The notes: generated from the letters alone by a model not told the origin. A stretch of DNA of 64,000 bases from Nitrospirota bacterium (GCA_963845065.1 CAWJQQ010000003.1:32001-96000), one strand, 5' to 3'; counted from the first letter of the stretch, positions 1 to 10,123 are shown. Translations and numbers: made by a program.

Positions 1-928
1 GGAGGTCAATGCCTGATTCGAGCAGGTGTGTGGCTGCGCTATGTCTGAATAGATGTGGATATACTCGTTTCTTTATACCAGCTTTAATTTTCGCGCGCTC
101 GATAGGTCCGCGGATATCGAATATCGGCCGTTGCGGATGGGTCACGGAAGGGAAAACCCAGGGGGAATCATAAGAATTATGCTTTTTTTGATGATCTATC
201 CAGGCAAAAAGAGCATCTGAGAGCGGCAGCCGGATCTCCCTGCCGCCTTTTAGTTTGGCAATGACCGTTCTGGATGGCCAATCGATATCCTCCCATCTAA
301 TCATCTTTGCAGAGGTAATTCTAAGGCCCAAATGAGACAATGCGAGGAGAATGCCTCGGTAGCCCTTTTCGGCCGATTTAATGAGCCTATCCATCTCATG
401 GGCTGTCAAGACATCAGGCAGGGGCCGTTTGTAGGGAAGAGCTTTCATCTTGAGTGGGACTAAAGGTGATATCTGGGTTTGGTCCTCTACCCAGGTCAGG
501 AATGCTGAGAAATATGAGAGTTCCTTATTGATGGATCGGTTTGTTGCCCTTAATTCACGGTCGCGGATCGGCTTCTTCTCGAGACGGTGCTTCTGGTATC
601 CTGTGATGAGAGGATTGACGAGGCCGGTAACGCGCATGTGGCCGAAATAGGGGAGCAGGTGATTTTTGAAACAGCCCTGGACATCCTTGCATGTTTTGCT
701 TGCCAAGTGAAGCGAAATGTATTGGTAATAACTCTTGGCAAGATGGGCGATGAGCTCATCTCCCTGGACCAGGACATGTTCTTTGTTTCTCTTACGAAGG
801 CCTGCTTCTGTCTCTTGAACCTGTTTGAGTGATGTTCCTGCCGGCATCGTGATGCGTTCGCGCTTGCCCCTGGCACCGTTCGGGTAATAATCGATGACAT
901 ATCTTTTGTTGCGCAAGCGAATGGACAT
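1..928 (-). CDS. Tyrosine recombinase / phage-type integrase (3' end runs off the window)
   Basis: Manual translation from ATG at 928: MSIRLRNKRYVIDYYPNGARGKRERITMP...ILLALSHLGLRITSAKMIRWEDIDW...KRVYPHLFRHSAATHLLESGIDL. Box I Arg and HxxR motifs are present. Not in the ORF track because it has no stop inside the window. Confidence 0.88.
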   Translation of the reverse strand, partial: MSIRLRNKRYVIDYYPNGARGKRERITMPAGTSLKQVQETEAGLRKRNKEHVLVQGDELIAHLAKSYYQYISLHLASKTCKDVQGCFKNHLLPYFGHMRVTGLVNPLITGYQKHRLEKKPIRDRELRATNRSINKELSYFSAFLTWVEDQTQISPLVPLKMKALPYKRPLPDVLTAHEMDRLIKSAEKGYRGILLALSHLGLRITSAKMIRWEDIDWPSRTVIAKLKGGREIRLPLSDALFAWIDHQKKHNSYDSPWVFPSVTHPQRPIFDIRGPIERAKIKAGIKKRVYPHLFRHSAATHLLESGIDL

Positions 929-943
929 GGAAAATATATAAAT

Positions 944-1262
944 TTAAAATCCTTTTGAAGCCCCTTCCTGAGCCTTCTTTGTATCATATAATCTCATTTC
1001 TTCTGTCATTTGCTTAGAACTGATCCATAACATTGCTTTTTGAGCAACATCATTATAATCAAGAGATATATTTGTTTTCTCTCCAAACCAGGAATATTCT
1101 TCTAAATATTCATTGTTTTGGTACCCTTTCCCAAATTTTTCAAATACCGCATTTTTAAGACCATTCCAATTGCTAAATCCTTTAGTATATAAAACTACTC
1201 CACAAAATTTATCATGCCAAAATGTATATGCAATCTTCTCTAATGTGGCAGACCCAATTACC
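944..1262 (-). pseudogene. Hypothetical protein, 5'-truncated by IS insertion
   Basis: AT-rich open frame (VIGSATLEKIAYTFWHDKF...GASKGF*) directly upstream of the integrase. The ORF-track start lies inside the IS inverted repeat at 1263. Confidence 0.5.
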
Positions 1263-2489
1263 CGTTTGGTCAAAAAACTCAACCACATTGTTTTGCATGA
1301 TTTTTTTATGAAGTCTAGTTTCTACCTTTTTAACCTTGAACCAACCTCGTGTTGCGGCTATACTCTCCTCGGTATTGCACAAAATACATCTGCGGGAGAG
1401 CCTTCGTGGGTTGGAAACGTTTACTTGCTTATATCTCAGGATCGGTCGAGGAGGAACTGCTTCTGCGGAACGAGTACTTGGTGACGGAAAATCGTATATT
1501 TCGGAATCAACTTAAAGGCTGTCTCCGGCTTACCGACGGGGAGCGAATGGCCTTAGCGGATATCGGAAAGCGCTTGGGGAAAAAGGCATTGGTCGAGGTT
1601 GCCAATATCGTCAAGCCGGAGACCATTTTGGCATGGCACCGCAGGCTCATTGCCCGCAAGTTTGACGGTTCAAAAAACAAGATATCACAGGGCAGGCCCA
1701 AGATAGAAGGGGAACTCGAAGTTTTAGTCGTACGCCTGGCGAAAGAAAATAGAAGCTGGGGCTATGATCGCATCGTCGGGGCGCTGGCCATTCTGGGGCA
1801 TAGGGTTAGTGATCAGACGGTGGGAAACATCCTAAAGCGGCACGGCATCGCACCCGCGCCAGAGCGGAAAAAGACGACTACCTGGAAAGAGTTCATCTGT
1901 GCCCATAGGGATCTGCTGGTAGCAACGGATTTCTTTACTGCGGAAGTGTGGACCGTTTTTGGTCTGAAAACTTATTACATTCTCTTTCTAATACGGATCA
2001 GTACTCGTGAAATCCATGTGGCTGGGATAACGTCACATCCAAATGAACAATGGATGACTCAGGTTGCCCGGAATATCACCATGGACGAATGGGGCTTTCT
2101 AGCTCCCGGGCAGTCCTTAATCTTCGACCGGGATACCAAGTTTTGTGCAACTTTCCAGAAGACCCTCGAAGCGGGCGGAGTCAGAAGCATCCGTCTTCCA
2201 CCTCGTAGTCCCAATTTAAATGCTTACGCTGAAAGATGGGTGAAGTCGGTTAAGGTTGAGTGTTTATCTAACGTAATTCTCTTTGGAGAGAAAGCTCTCC
2301 GGCATGCCATAGGAGAATATGTCGAGCACCATCACAAAGAACGCTACCATCAGGGAATAGGGAATGTGCTGCCTTTCCCTTCTCTACGATGGCAGCAAAA
2401 GCATGAACATTCCATCAAATGTCGAGAAAGGCTCGGAGGACTGCTTAAATATTACTACCAGAAGGCTGCTTGAGTTTTTTGACCCTACG
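1263..2489 (+). mobile_element. IS481/IS3-superfamily-like insertion sequence, copy A
   Basis: Terminal IRs CGTTTGGTCAAAAAACTC (1263) and GAGTTTTTTGACCCTACG (ends 2489) enclose a DDE integrase-core ORF. No target-site duplication seen. Confidence 0.8.
1349..2473 (+). CDS. Integrase core domain (rve) transposase
   Basis: HTH plus WGYDRI, DFF...DRD...NAYAERW motifs and a C-terminal RLGGLLKYY. Likely true start is GTG at 1406, with GGGAG upstream. Confidence 0.88.
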   Translation: MLRLYSPRYCTKYICGRAFVGWKRLLAYISGSVEEELLLRNEYLVTENRIFRNQLKGCLRLTDGERMALADIGKRLGKKALVEVANIVKPETILAWHRRLIARKFDGSKNKISQGRPKIEGELEVLVVRLAKENRSWGYDRIVGALAILGHRVSDQTVGNILKRHGIAPAPERKKTTTWKEFICAHRDLLVATDFFTAEVWTVFGLKTYYILFLIRISTREIHVAGITSHPNEQWMTQVARNITMDEWGFLAPGQSLIFDRDTKFCATFQKTLEAGGVRSIRLPPRSPNLNAYAERWVKSVKVECLSNVILFGEKALRHAIGEYVEHHHKERYHQGIGNVLPFPSLRWQQKHEHSIKCRERLGGLLKYYYQKAA

Positions 2490-2723
2490 GGTTTAGAGGA
2501 ATCATTTTCCTGCAGCGCCAATGCAGATTTCAGAGGAAGGTCTTCGCAAGTTATTGCAAATCGAAATAATTACACATTGAAAACTAATTTTTCCACCAGG
2601 CGGCTGAGTACGATATTACTTTTGGAAGCAAGTTGAATGCTTACGGTTTTTATCTTGAACTGACTCCGTCGTTCAACGAAATAATATAGGCAGGCTGCTT
2701 AATTCATTGCCCTCCGGCGGATT

Positions 2724-3176
2724 TTACAGTCTCTCGTGCAACAGCTGCCTAAATTCATGCAAAAAATCACCCGGATTCATGACCTTCGGGCGGTCAAGCG
2801 CGCGAGGACCCTTTGTCATAAAGTGCTTCTGGTCCCACGTCACCAGATAGTCAGCTTGCGCGGCAACTGCGGCTGCAAGAATCGGCGCATCATGGGGTTG
2901 AATAAGCGACGAGTACCGCAAAATATCGCGCTGAGAAGGGTCTGCGGTGAGAACGGGGGCGAGGGTTTGAAGGTAGTTCCGGAAATCGTCCAGGCACTCA
3001 GGAAGTTTTGCGGTGATATTCCTGTCGACCTCTACAACAACCTGACGCGAGACAATAATCTCTATAAGGCCTATTTCAGCAAGTCGCAGGATTTCGCGGG
3101 CTGCTCCTTTTGAAGAAGCTATCCCCGCGATAAGTGCACTAGAATCCAGAAAGACCTTAGGCCTTGGCTTTCGCAT
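2724..3176 (-). CDS. PIN-domain toxin (VapC-like)
   Basis: VFLDSSALI...E...DAPILAAA...LVTWDQKHF acidic PIN motifs; overlaps the upstream antitoxin. Confidence 0.88.
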   Translation of the reverse strand: MRKPRPKVFLDSSALIAGIASSKGAAREILRLAEIGLIEIIVSRQVVVEVDRNITAKLPECLDDFRNYLQTLAPVLTADPSQRDILRYSSLIQPHDAPILAAAVAAQADYLVTWDQKHFMTKGPRALDRPKVMNPGDFLHEFRQLLHERL

Positions 3177-3429
3177 GGGCCTCTTGTCTGTATTTTTTTC
3201 GTTGATCCTTCAGGTTAATGAGCAGATCGTCGAGGGTCAGTCCTTTCCGCTTCATCGCGGACTCAACCTTCCTGGCCACAGCATCGCCGAACGGTTTGCG
3301 TGGGGTAAGAATGAGCATCTCATCAATCTTCACCATGTTCAATGTGTCGTTTTCACCGAGGCCGAGGTCCTTCCGAAAGGAAGAAGGAATGGTTACCTGG
3401 CCCCGCTCACGAATACGGACGGTAGGCAT
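3157..3429 (-). CDS. AbrB/MazE/SpoVT-family antitoxin
   Basis: MPTVRIRERGQVTIPSSFRKDLGL AbrB signature; GGAGG RBS before ATG 3429; 20-bp overlap with the PIN gene. Confidence 0.88.
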   Translation of the reverse strand: MPTVRIRERGQVTIPSSFRKDLGLGENDTLNMVKIDEMLILTPRKPFGDAVARKVESAMKRKGLTLDDLLINLKDQRKKYRQEAHAKAKA

Positions 3430-3683
3430 GGAAACCTCCAATTTTCTGATTTTACGATATTCAGATTATACGCCGATCATGGTATATCGTCAATAGTCTA
3501 TATCCTCTTCACACAGTGCCGCATATGGAGCCCATCCTAAACGGTTCGTGATAAAAAACGCCTGTCCCTCCTTCATTACAGGCTACACAAACCGAAACCG
3601 GTCCCTTTCGGTGAGGGGGAAGTGCACTAAATTCAAACGGGAGTTGTCTCAAAGTCATTTACAAATTCGAGTCGCCCTGATCT

Positions 3684-4907
3684 CGTATGGCCAAAAAACT
3701 CGAACGCTCCGTTTTGCAAGATTTATTTGCTGCATAGTTTCGTCTTTTTACCCTTGAACCGACCATGTGAAGCGGCTATACTCTCCTCGGTATTGCATAA
3801 AATACATCTGTGGGAGAGCCTTCGTGGGTTGGAAACGTTTACTTGCTTATATCTCAGGATCGGTCGAGGAGGAACTGCTTCTGCGTAACGAGTACTTGGT
3901 GACGGAAAATCGTCTATTTCGGAATCAACTTAAAGGCTGTCTCCGGCTTACCGACGGGGAACGAATGGCCTTAGCGGATATCGGAAAGCGCTTGGGGAAA
4001 AAGGCATTGGTCGAGGTTGCCAATATCGTCAAGCCGGAGACCATTTTGGCATGGCACCGCAGGCTCATTGCCCGCAAGTTTGATGGTTCTAAATATAGGG
4101 CCTCGCAGGGCAGACCGAAGATAAAAGGGGAACTCGAAGCTTTAATCATACGCCTGGCGAAAGAAAATAGAAGCTGGGGCTATGATCGCATCGTCGGGGC
4201 GCTGGCCAATCTGGGGCATAGGGTTAGTGATCAGACGGTGGGAAATATCCTAAAGCGGCACGGCATGGCACCCGCGCCAGAGCGGAAAAAGACGACTACC
4301 TGGAAAGAGTTTATCCGTGCCCATAGGGATCTGCTGGTAGCAACGGATTTCTTTACTGCGGAAGTGTGGACCGCTTTTGGTCTGAAAACTTATTACATTC
4401 TCTTTCTAATACGGATCAGTACTCGTGAAATCCATGTGGCTGGGATAACGTCACATCCAAATGAACAATGGATGACCCAGGTTGCCCGGAATATCACCAT
4501 GGACGAATGGGGCTTTCTAGCTCCCGGACAGTCCTTAATCTTCGACCGGGATACCAAGTTCTGTGCAGCTTTCCAGAAGACCCTCGAAGCGGGCGGAGTC
4601 AGAAGCATCCGTCTTCCACCTCGTAGTCCCAATTTAAATGCTTACGCTGAAAGATGGGTGAAGTCGGTTAAGGTTGAGTGTTTATCTCACGTAATTCTCT
4701 TTGGAGAGAAAGCTCTCCGGCATGCCATAGGAGAATATGTCGAGCACTATCACAAAGAACGCAACCATCAGGGAATAGGGAATGTGCTGCTTTTCCCTTC
4801 TCTACGATTGCAGCAAAAGCATGAACATTCCATCAAATGTCGAGAAAGGCTCGGAGGACTGCTTAAATATTACTACCAGAAGGCTGCTTGAGTTTTTTGA
4901 CCCTACG
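3684..4907 (+). mobile_element. IS481/IS3-superfamily-like insertion sequence, copy B
   Basis: IRs CGTATGGCCAAAAAACTC and GAGTTTTTTGACCCTACG; near-identical to copy A, same orientation. Confidence 0.8.
3767..4891 (+). CDS. Integrase core domain (rve) transposase, copy B
   Basis: 374-aa ORF, highly similar to 1349..2473. Confidence 0.88.
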   Translation: MKRLYSPRYCIKYICGRAFVGWKRLLAYISGSVEEELLLRNEYLVTENRLFRNQLKGCLRLTDGERMALADIGKRLGKKALVEVANIVKPETILAWHRRLIARKFDGSKYRASQGRPKIKGELEALIIRLAKENRSWGYDRIVGALANLGHRVSDQTVGNILKRHGMAPAPERKKTTTWKEFIRAHRDLLVATDFFTAEVWTAFGLKTYYILFLIRISTREIHVAGITSHPNEQWMTQVARNITMDEWGFLAPGQSLIFDRDTKFCAAFQKTLEAGGVRSIRLPPRSPNLNAYAERWVKSVKVECLSHVILFGEKALRHAIGEYVEHYHKERNHQGIGNVLLFPSLRLQQKHEHSIKCRERLGGLLKYYYQKAA

Positions 4908-5903
4908 ACAACCGATTACGCCTTCCTGTACACTGGCGGTACGATGTATGACCTTAACAGCTTGATACCTTCATCTTCAGGTTGGACCCTTGAGGATGCA
5001 TATGGGATCAATGACTATGGTCAGATTGTCGGCGTTGGAATAATTAATGGTCTTGAGCATGCATTTCTACTGACTCCTTGGGTGGCAGCGCCTGTGACGA
5101 CAGGCATGGCTGTTTCGGTTACTCCCAGCTCGCAAATCAATATCACCTTCAGTGACGTGATGTCAGGCGGAACTGTGACGGCTGTCACGGTCTTGCCGGG
5201 AAATCTGCCTGCGCCGCCTGCGAATTTCACGCTCCTCGGCGGTACATCATCCTATGACATCACGACCGATGCGAATTTCAGCGGCCAAGTTGAGGTCTGC
5301 ATCAGCTATGACCCGGCCAAAATCACTGTTCCCGAGCAAATGCTTCGGCTCTACCATTTGAGTGGCGACACCTGGACCGATATTACACTGCTGCCGGTAG
5401 ACACTGTTAACAAGAAGGTCTGCGGTCTGACCAGTTCGTTCTCTGTCTTCGCAGTGGCTGAACCCACCTATACCCCGGAAGTTCTGTCTATACGCTATGC
5501 CGCTGTGCAGTTCGGGAACAAACAGGACACCATGGGCAACGTGCTGCTCTGGGTTGACTTTAAGGTGCCCATGCCCGCGGCCAGCGATGTGATCACCGGC
5601 ACGTTCGACAGCGTCACCCTCTTCTCTGCACCCTTCTCGTCGTTCAAGCGTGTGCTGCCGAACGTATACTGGGATGTGAAGAATGGCTATGACATTACGA
5701 TAGACTTTAAACTTGGCCAGATCGTCGTTATCACTCCCCAGATCGCGCTTGCCGGCCTCGACAACTCGAACGGCGTGGATGTGCAGTTCAGCATAAGCGG
5801 CAGTAATGGGATGGAAATCGGATTCCAGCACATAACGATGACACCGGAACCACTAAACCGGCTGGTGTATCGCCGGAACGACATATTCGGTAACCCACTG
5901 TAG
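4908..5903 (+). pseudogene. Extracellular HAF-repeat protein, 5'-truncated by IS copy B
   Basis: YAFLYTGGTMYDLNSLIPSSSGWTLEDAYGINDYGQIVGVG...HAFLLTP is a terminal HAF repeat, followed by beta-rich domains. The frame begins exactly at the IS right end. Confidence 0.75.
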
Positions 5904-5951
5904 ATTGTTCATAGACTCCATCATGAACTGTTCCTGCAACGGAACTTTGCC

Positions 5952-5988
5952 GGGCACACTACCGAGCAAACACTCGGTAGTTGTGCCC
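5952..5988. terminator. Strong hairpin downstream of the HAF gene (possible terminator)
   Basis: GGGCAC-ACTACCGAG-CAAACA-CTCGGTAGT-TGTGCCC inverted repeat; no clear U-tract. Confidence 0.35.
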
Positions 5989-6113
5989 ACTTACGGGCAG
6001 TTAATCTCGTTCATGGAGATCATGACGGCCGGGATTCCGATGGATTAATGTTTAGTATAATCGGCCGTCTTAATATACCCTATGTTCAACAATACAAGAA
6101 ACGACAGACAAAC

Positions 6114-6539
6114 ATGAAAAACACCGAATTAATAAGAGCCCTAATGTACATATTGGTGAGTCTCGTGTTGGCACTTCCCTCCTGTGGAGGAGAAGGCGAA
6201 GGCTCATCTTCACACAGCAATGGAGCCGAACAAGTCAGGCAAGTTAGCGGAGTCAACGGAAGGACAGCGGTACTAAGGGCCATTGACATTACGCCGAGCA
6301 ATCCCCTGGATGTCAACTCTGGAACGCAACTTCACTTTAATGCAAGGGGCTACTTCTCAGACAATTCTGTGCAGAATATAACGACAACGGTGGTCTGGAC
6401 CTCATCTGACACATCAATTGCAACCATTAGTAATGCGCCAGACTCAAAGGGACAGGCAATAGCTGTATCGAGAGGTTATTGTAGCATTTCTGCTGCGCTG
6501 GGTAGCATTTCGGGTTCAACAATCATAGGCATTAACTAA
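6114..6539 (+). CDS. Lipoprotein with bacterial Ig-like (Big_2) domain
   Basis: Lipobox LPSC-GG, then IDITPSNP...GTQLHFNARGYFSDNSVQNITTTVVWTSSDTSIATIS, a Big_2 pattern. Confidence 0.75.
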   Translation: MKNTELIRALMYILVSLVLALPSCGGEGEGSSSHSNGAEQVRQVSGVNGRTAVLRAIDITPSNPLDVNSGTQLHFNARGYFSDNSVQNITTTVVWTSSDTSIATISNAPDSKGQAIAVSRGYCSISAALGSISGSTIIGIN

Positions 6540-6608
6540 TGCCATTAACTTGGAGAAGATGTGGAAGAAAATGCATTGAGGACGTGAGAAAGGAGGGGTG
6601 AGATAGCA

Positions 6609-8136
6609 GAGGTTATACTGTTTTTAGTTGAAATTGAAAAGAGTGGCTCCCCCGTGGCATAATCCACGGTAGAGAGAGAGAAACAAAGAAAGGAGCCACT
6701 CGATGAAGGATACCACAAGGAAGAGGAAAAAGGCAATACGAGGAATTGAAGAGGCATATGGAAGGCAGGAGATCATTGAACAGATGTATTATGTCTTCGC
6801 AAAAGGTAAACAGGGTTTTGATGAATGCATGAAGGAAATGGGCCGACTGATGGCGGAGACGATCATGTACATCGAGCGTGAGGAGATTGCCGGGCCAGAC
6901 TACCAGCCCACCAGTCCTGACCTGTGGAAGTGGGCAAGCCAGGGCGGTTCCGTCTATATCGGAGATCAGAAGATCCCAGTGACCCACCCTCGGCTTCGAG
7001 GTCCGGCTGGTGAGATTGCGCTTCAGAGTTATCAGAAGTTGAAAAAACCGGAAGGTTTCTCAGAAGAATTGCTTGGAAAGGTACTCCGTGGCATATCATG
7101 CCGGAAGTATGCGGAGACGGTTGTAGATACGGCGCAAGCATTTGGCGTATCTGCCAGCACGGTGTCGAGCCATATCGTCGCGGCAACAGCAAAACAGCTT
7201 CAGGAGTTTAAGGAACGGTCACTCACGTCATTCGTCCCCTTTGCAGTCTTTTTAGACACTGTTCACCGCGGCGGAGAGGCATTCATCGTGGCGCTGGGGC
7301 TCGATAGTGCTGGAACGAAGCAGACATTGGGATTCTGGCAGGGGGCGACGGAGAACCATGAATTGTGCGAAGAACTGTTTTCCGATATGGAACGGCGGGG
7401 TCTGACACTATCACGACGAATCATCTGGGTCACCGATGGTGGCAGAGGCGTAATCAAAGCTCTCCGGGATCGCTTCGGCAAGAAATTGATCCATCAGCGG
7501 TGCACGATCCACAAGGACCGCAATATACAGCATCATTTGCCGAAGAAATACCGGAAAGACGCACACAGGAGGTTCCGAACTGCCCTGGAGCAGAATAATT
7601 ACGCAGATGCTCGTCAGATGCTTCTGGACATGGAGAAATGGCTTCGGGGCATCAATGAGTCGGCGGCTGATTCGCTCATGGAAGCGATAGAAGACATTCT
7701 CACCCTTCACCGGTTGAAGGTTCCCGCTCTCTTGCGGAATACCTTGCATTCTACCAATCCTATTGAGAGCATGTTTTCTACGGTGAGAAAAGCAGAGGGC
7801 AATATAAAGCGCTATCGCGACAGCAAGATGATGCAGCGCTGGCTCGCTTCTGTTCTTTTATATGCTGAACAAGGATTCAGGAAGATCAAGGGTCACGCCT
7901 TCATCGCGGACGTGATGAAACGGATCGAGGCGGACGAAATAAATGACCTAACGGTCAAAAAGGCTGCATAAGGAGGGATGGTTAGGTATGGCTCGGCCTC
8001 AGAAAACTCAAATATGGCGATCCTACGAATCCGATTTTATACACAACGATGCTTTACACCGTTGAATCGATAAAAAGCCTTAGCCGAAGGGAGCGCGGGC
8101 CACTCAACTAATTTCAACTAAAAACTTGACCTGATC
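6609..8136 (+). mobile_element. IS256-family element, intact
   Basis: Imperfect IRs (..TTTTTAGTTGAAATT / AATTTCAACTAAAAA..) and a 9-bp TSD GAGATAGCA at 6600-6608 and 8137-8145. Confidence 0.93.
6703..7971 (+). CDS. IS256-family (mutator-type) transposase
   Basis: GISCRKY, FLDTV, VTDGG, QRCTIHK, STNPIES motifs. Confidence 0.93.
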   Translation: MKDTTRKRKKAIRGIEEAYGRQEIIEQMYYVFAKGKQGFDECMKEMGRLMAETIMYIEREEIAGPDYQPTSPDLWKWASQGGSVYIGDQKIPVTHPRLRGPAGEIALQSYQKLKKPEGFSEELLGKVLRGISCRKYAETVVDTAQAFGVSASTVSSHIVAATAKQLQEFKERSLTSFVPFAVFLDTVHRGGEAFIVALGLDSAGTKQTLGFWQGATENHELCEELFSDMERRGLTLSRRIIWVTDGGRGVIKALRDRFGKKLIHQRCTIHKDRNIQHHLPKKYRKDAHRRFRTALEQNNYADARQMLLDMEKWLRGINESAADSLMEAIEDILTLHRLKVPALLRNTLHSTNPIESMFSTVRKAEGNIKRYRDSKMMQRWLASVLLYAEQGFRKIKGHAFIADVMKRIEADEINDLTVKKAA

Positions 8137-8215
8137 GAGATAGCAGAAGTACATGCATTATCGTTGGGTACAGTCTAATAAGGAAAATCATTGTTGATGT
8201 GATAAGGGAGGACAT

Positions 8216-8731
8216 ATGCGGAAGATAGCTACGGTATCAGCAATGGGTATTTGCCTCACTGTTTTAATCATTGCAGGATTGCCACGATATAGTAATGCGA
8301 CGACAATTTACGCGTGCGTAGGAAAGGGAGATTTGGGTTTAGTTAGAATAGTAAGTGGGCCCGGACAATGCAGCCGGTTAGAAACCTCAACCTCATGGGA
8401 TTCAGAAGGACCTCAGGGTCCTGTGGGGCCTCAAGGACCGGCTGGAGTCGCAAATGGCATTACTACCGGGGTACACGGCGTGATATTGTATAATGGCACG
8501 ATAGAAGACGGGGTTGGCTTCTCTTCTGCGTATGCAGGAACAGGTATATATTACATCACATTCACCCAGGCCTTCTCTTTTCCAGGCCCCCATTGTGTGG
8601 TCTCGGCGTTTCAGTCACCCCCAACGTCAATATGTTCAGTATTTGGATACGGCCCGACCACCCTGTACGTCAACTGCGGTACGAACCAAGGGTATGCAGA
8701 TACATCTTTCTCGTTTATATGCGTACAGTAA
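8216..8731 (+). CDS. Secreted collagen-like protein, paralog 1
   Basis: Signal peptide, IYAC...C N-domain, about 5 Gly-X-Y triplets, Cys-containing C-domain ending FICVQ; GGAGG RBS. Confidence 0.8.
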   Translation: MRKIATVSAMGICLTVLIIAGLPRYSNATTIYACVGKGDLGLVRIVSGPGQCSRLETSTSWDSEGPQGPVGPQGPAGVANGITTGVHGVILYNGTIEDGVGFSSAYAGTGIYYITFTQAFSFPGPHCVVSAFQSPPTSICSVFGYGPTTLYVNCGTNQGYADTSFSFICVQ

Positions 8732-9038
8732 CTGCGAGGAGTCCGTTATGTGCGGCCAAGAATTGGAGAGGCGGCTCCTCTCACCCAACTCACTCACCGC
8801 AGCACATACGACCAAAGCAAGTAGGAGAGAAGGCTCCTCTCGCTTTTGATCATAAACCCGAACCACACGTTCGAGAAACTTCTCTTCAGTATTTTCAGCC
8901 ACTATAAGCCCCTCTGGTGGGAAAAGCATTGAGAACGTATGAAAGGATGACTTTTGGGATAGATTGCAGCGGTCTGAGCATGACCGTTGGTACGGTGTGA
9001 AAAAGAAAAATATTGTTTAACATAAGAAAGGAGGACAT

Positions 9039-9710
9039 ATGCGAAAGATAGCTGTTGTATCAGCAATCGGTATTTGCCTCACTATTTTAATCATTGCAGG
9101 ATGGCCCGGATCATGTGGTGCGGCCACAATTTACGCGTGTTATGGTAGGATACTTGGAACAGTCAGAATAGTGAGTGGTCCCAATCAGTGCAATAGCCTT
9201 ATTGAAAGCCCAATATCATGGGATTCTGTAGGACCCGTGGGTCCTCAAGGACCAGCCGGAGCACAAGGGCCGGCCGGAGCGCAAGGGCCTCAGGGGCCAG
9301 CTGGAGCGCAAGGGCCAGCCGGAGCACAAGGGCCTCAGGGACCAGCCGGAGTCGCCAACGGGATATCCGTGGCAATCCATGGGGTAATCGATAGTGACGG
9401 AACTATTATCGTAGGCAGCGGTTTCACAGTTGCGCACAGTGCTACCGGGACCTATGCCATAACGTATATAGCGTCGCCGTCGGAACCTTTCATTGTGCTT
9501 CCCAGTTGCACTGTCACCCCGGACTTGGAGGATCTCACGTCACTCAGTGCTATTACATGTTCAGATAATGTGGGTGGTCTTGGACTCACGGTCCATTGCG
9601 TCCAACCCTCCAGCATTACCGTCACCGACGCTACTGGCCTGCCACAAGTAGTCGCTGGAATCAGCATGATTGGCAGCGACACACGGTTCGCATTTATCTG
9701 TGTACAGTAA
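9039..9710 (+). CDS. Secreted collagen-like protein, paralog 2
   Basis: Same architecture with about 15 Gly-X-Y triplets (GPAGAQGPQ repeats); ends FICVQ; GGAGG RBS. Confidence 0.82.
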   Translation: MRKIAVVSAIGICLTILIIAGWPGSCGAATIYACYGRILGTVRIVSGPNQCNSLIESPISWDSVGPVGPQGPAGAQGPAGAQGPQGPAGAQGPAGAQGPQGPAGVANGISVAIHGVIDSDGTIIVGSGFTVAHSATGTYAITYIASPSEPFIVLPSCTVTPDLEDLTSLSAITCSDNVGGLGLTVHCVQPSSITVTDATGLPQVVAGISMIGSDTRFAFICVQ

Positions 9711-10060
9711 CAAATCCGCCTACATTAGCCAGGGTAATGGTTCAAAGAGGCGGTCACTCTTCCCCAACTCACCCGCCGCCGCACATACAAATCCAAGCAA
9801 GGGGAGCCAAAAAGCTTCCCTTACTCTTGTTCATGAAGCCGGACCAGGGCGACATCTATTTCACACTGGGACAAAATGAAGACTGCGAGAATTTGCGAAA
9901 AATATTAGGCTATTAGCGATTTCTAACAGTCGTATTAGGGTTCAATTTCTGAATAGTCGAGCATAAATAGATTCTCTTTTTTGTTTTGAGAACTTTTATG
10001 AATACTAGCAGGGGGGAGAAGTTTTTTAAACGGTAGGTCCAGCGAAAGCTGGTGCAATGA

Positions 10061-10115
10061 TTACAACATGCGGGTCGAGAACGACGCACATAAGTCGCTC
10101 ACCCGCGTGTTACAA
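10061..10115 (+). other. Orphan integron attC-like site
   Basis: TTACAAC-ATGCG-GGT[C]GAG...CTCACC-CGCGT-GTTACAA: AAC/GTT cores, 5-bp spacers, and an L''/L' pair with one extrahelical base. Confidence 0.6.
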
Positions 10116-10123
10116 TTTTCATG

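Noticed and set aside
4782..5903. Transposase-HAF fusion protein from the ORF track
   Set aside because: The first ~42 codons are an alternative frame of the IS end (same as 2364-2636) running into a truncated gene.
10035..10056. c-di-GMP-I riboswitch (CCAGCGAAAGCTGG hairpin)
   Set aside because: Only a GAAA tetraloop stem; the GGCAAAC/GACGCAAAGC context and second stem are missing.
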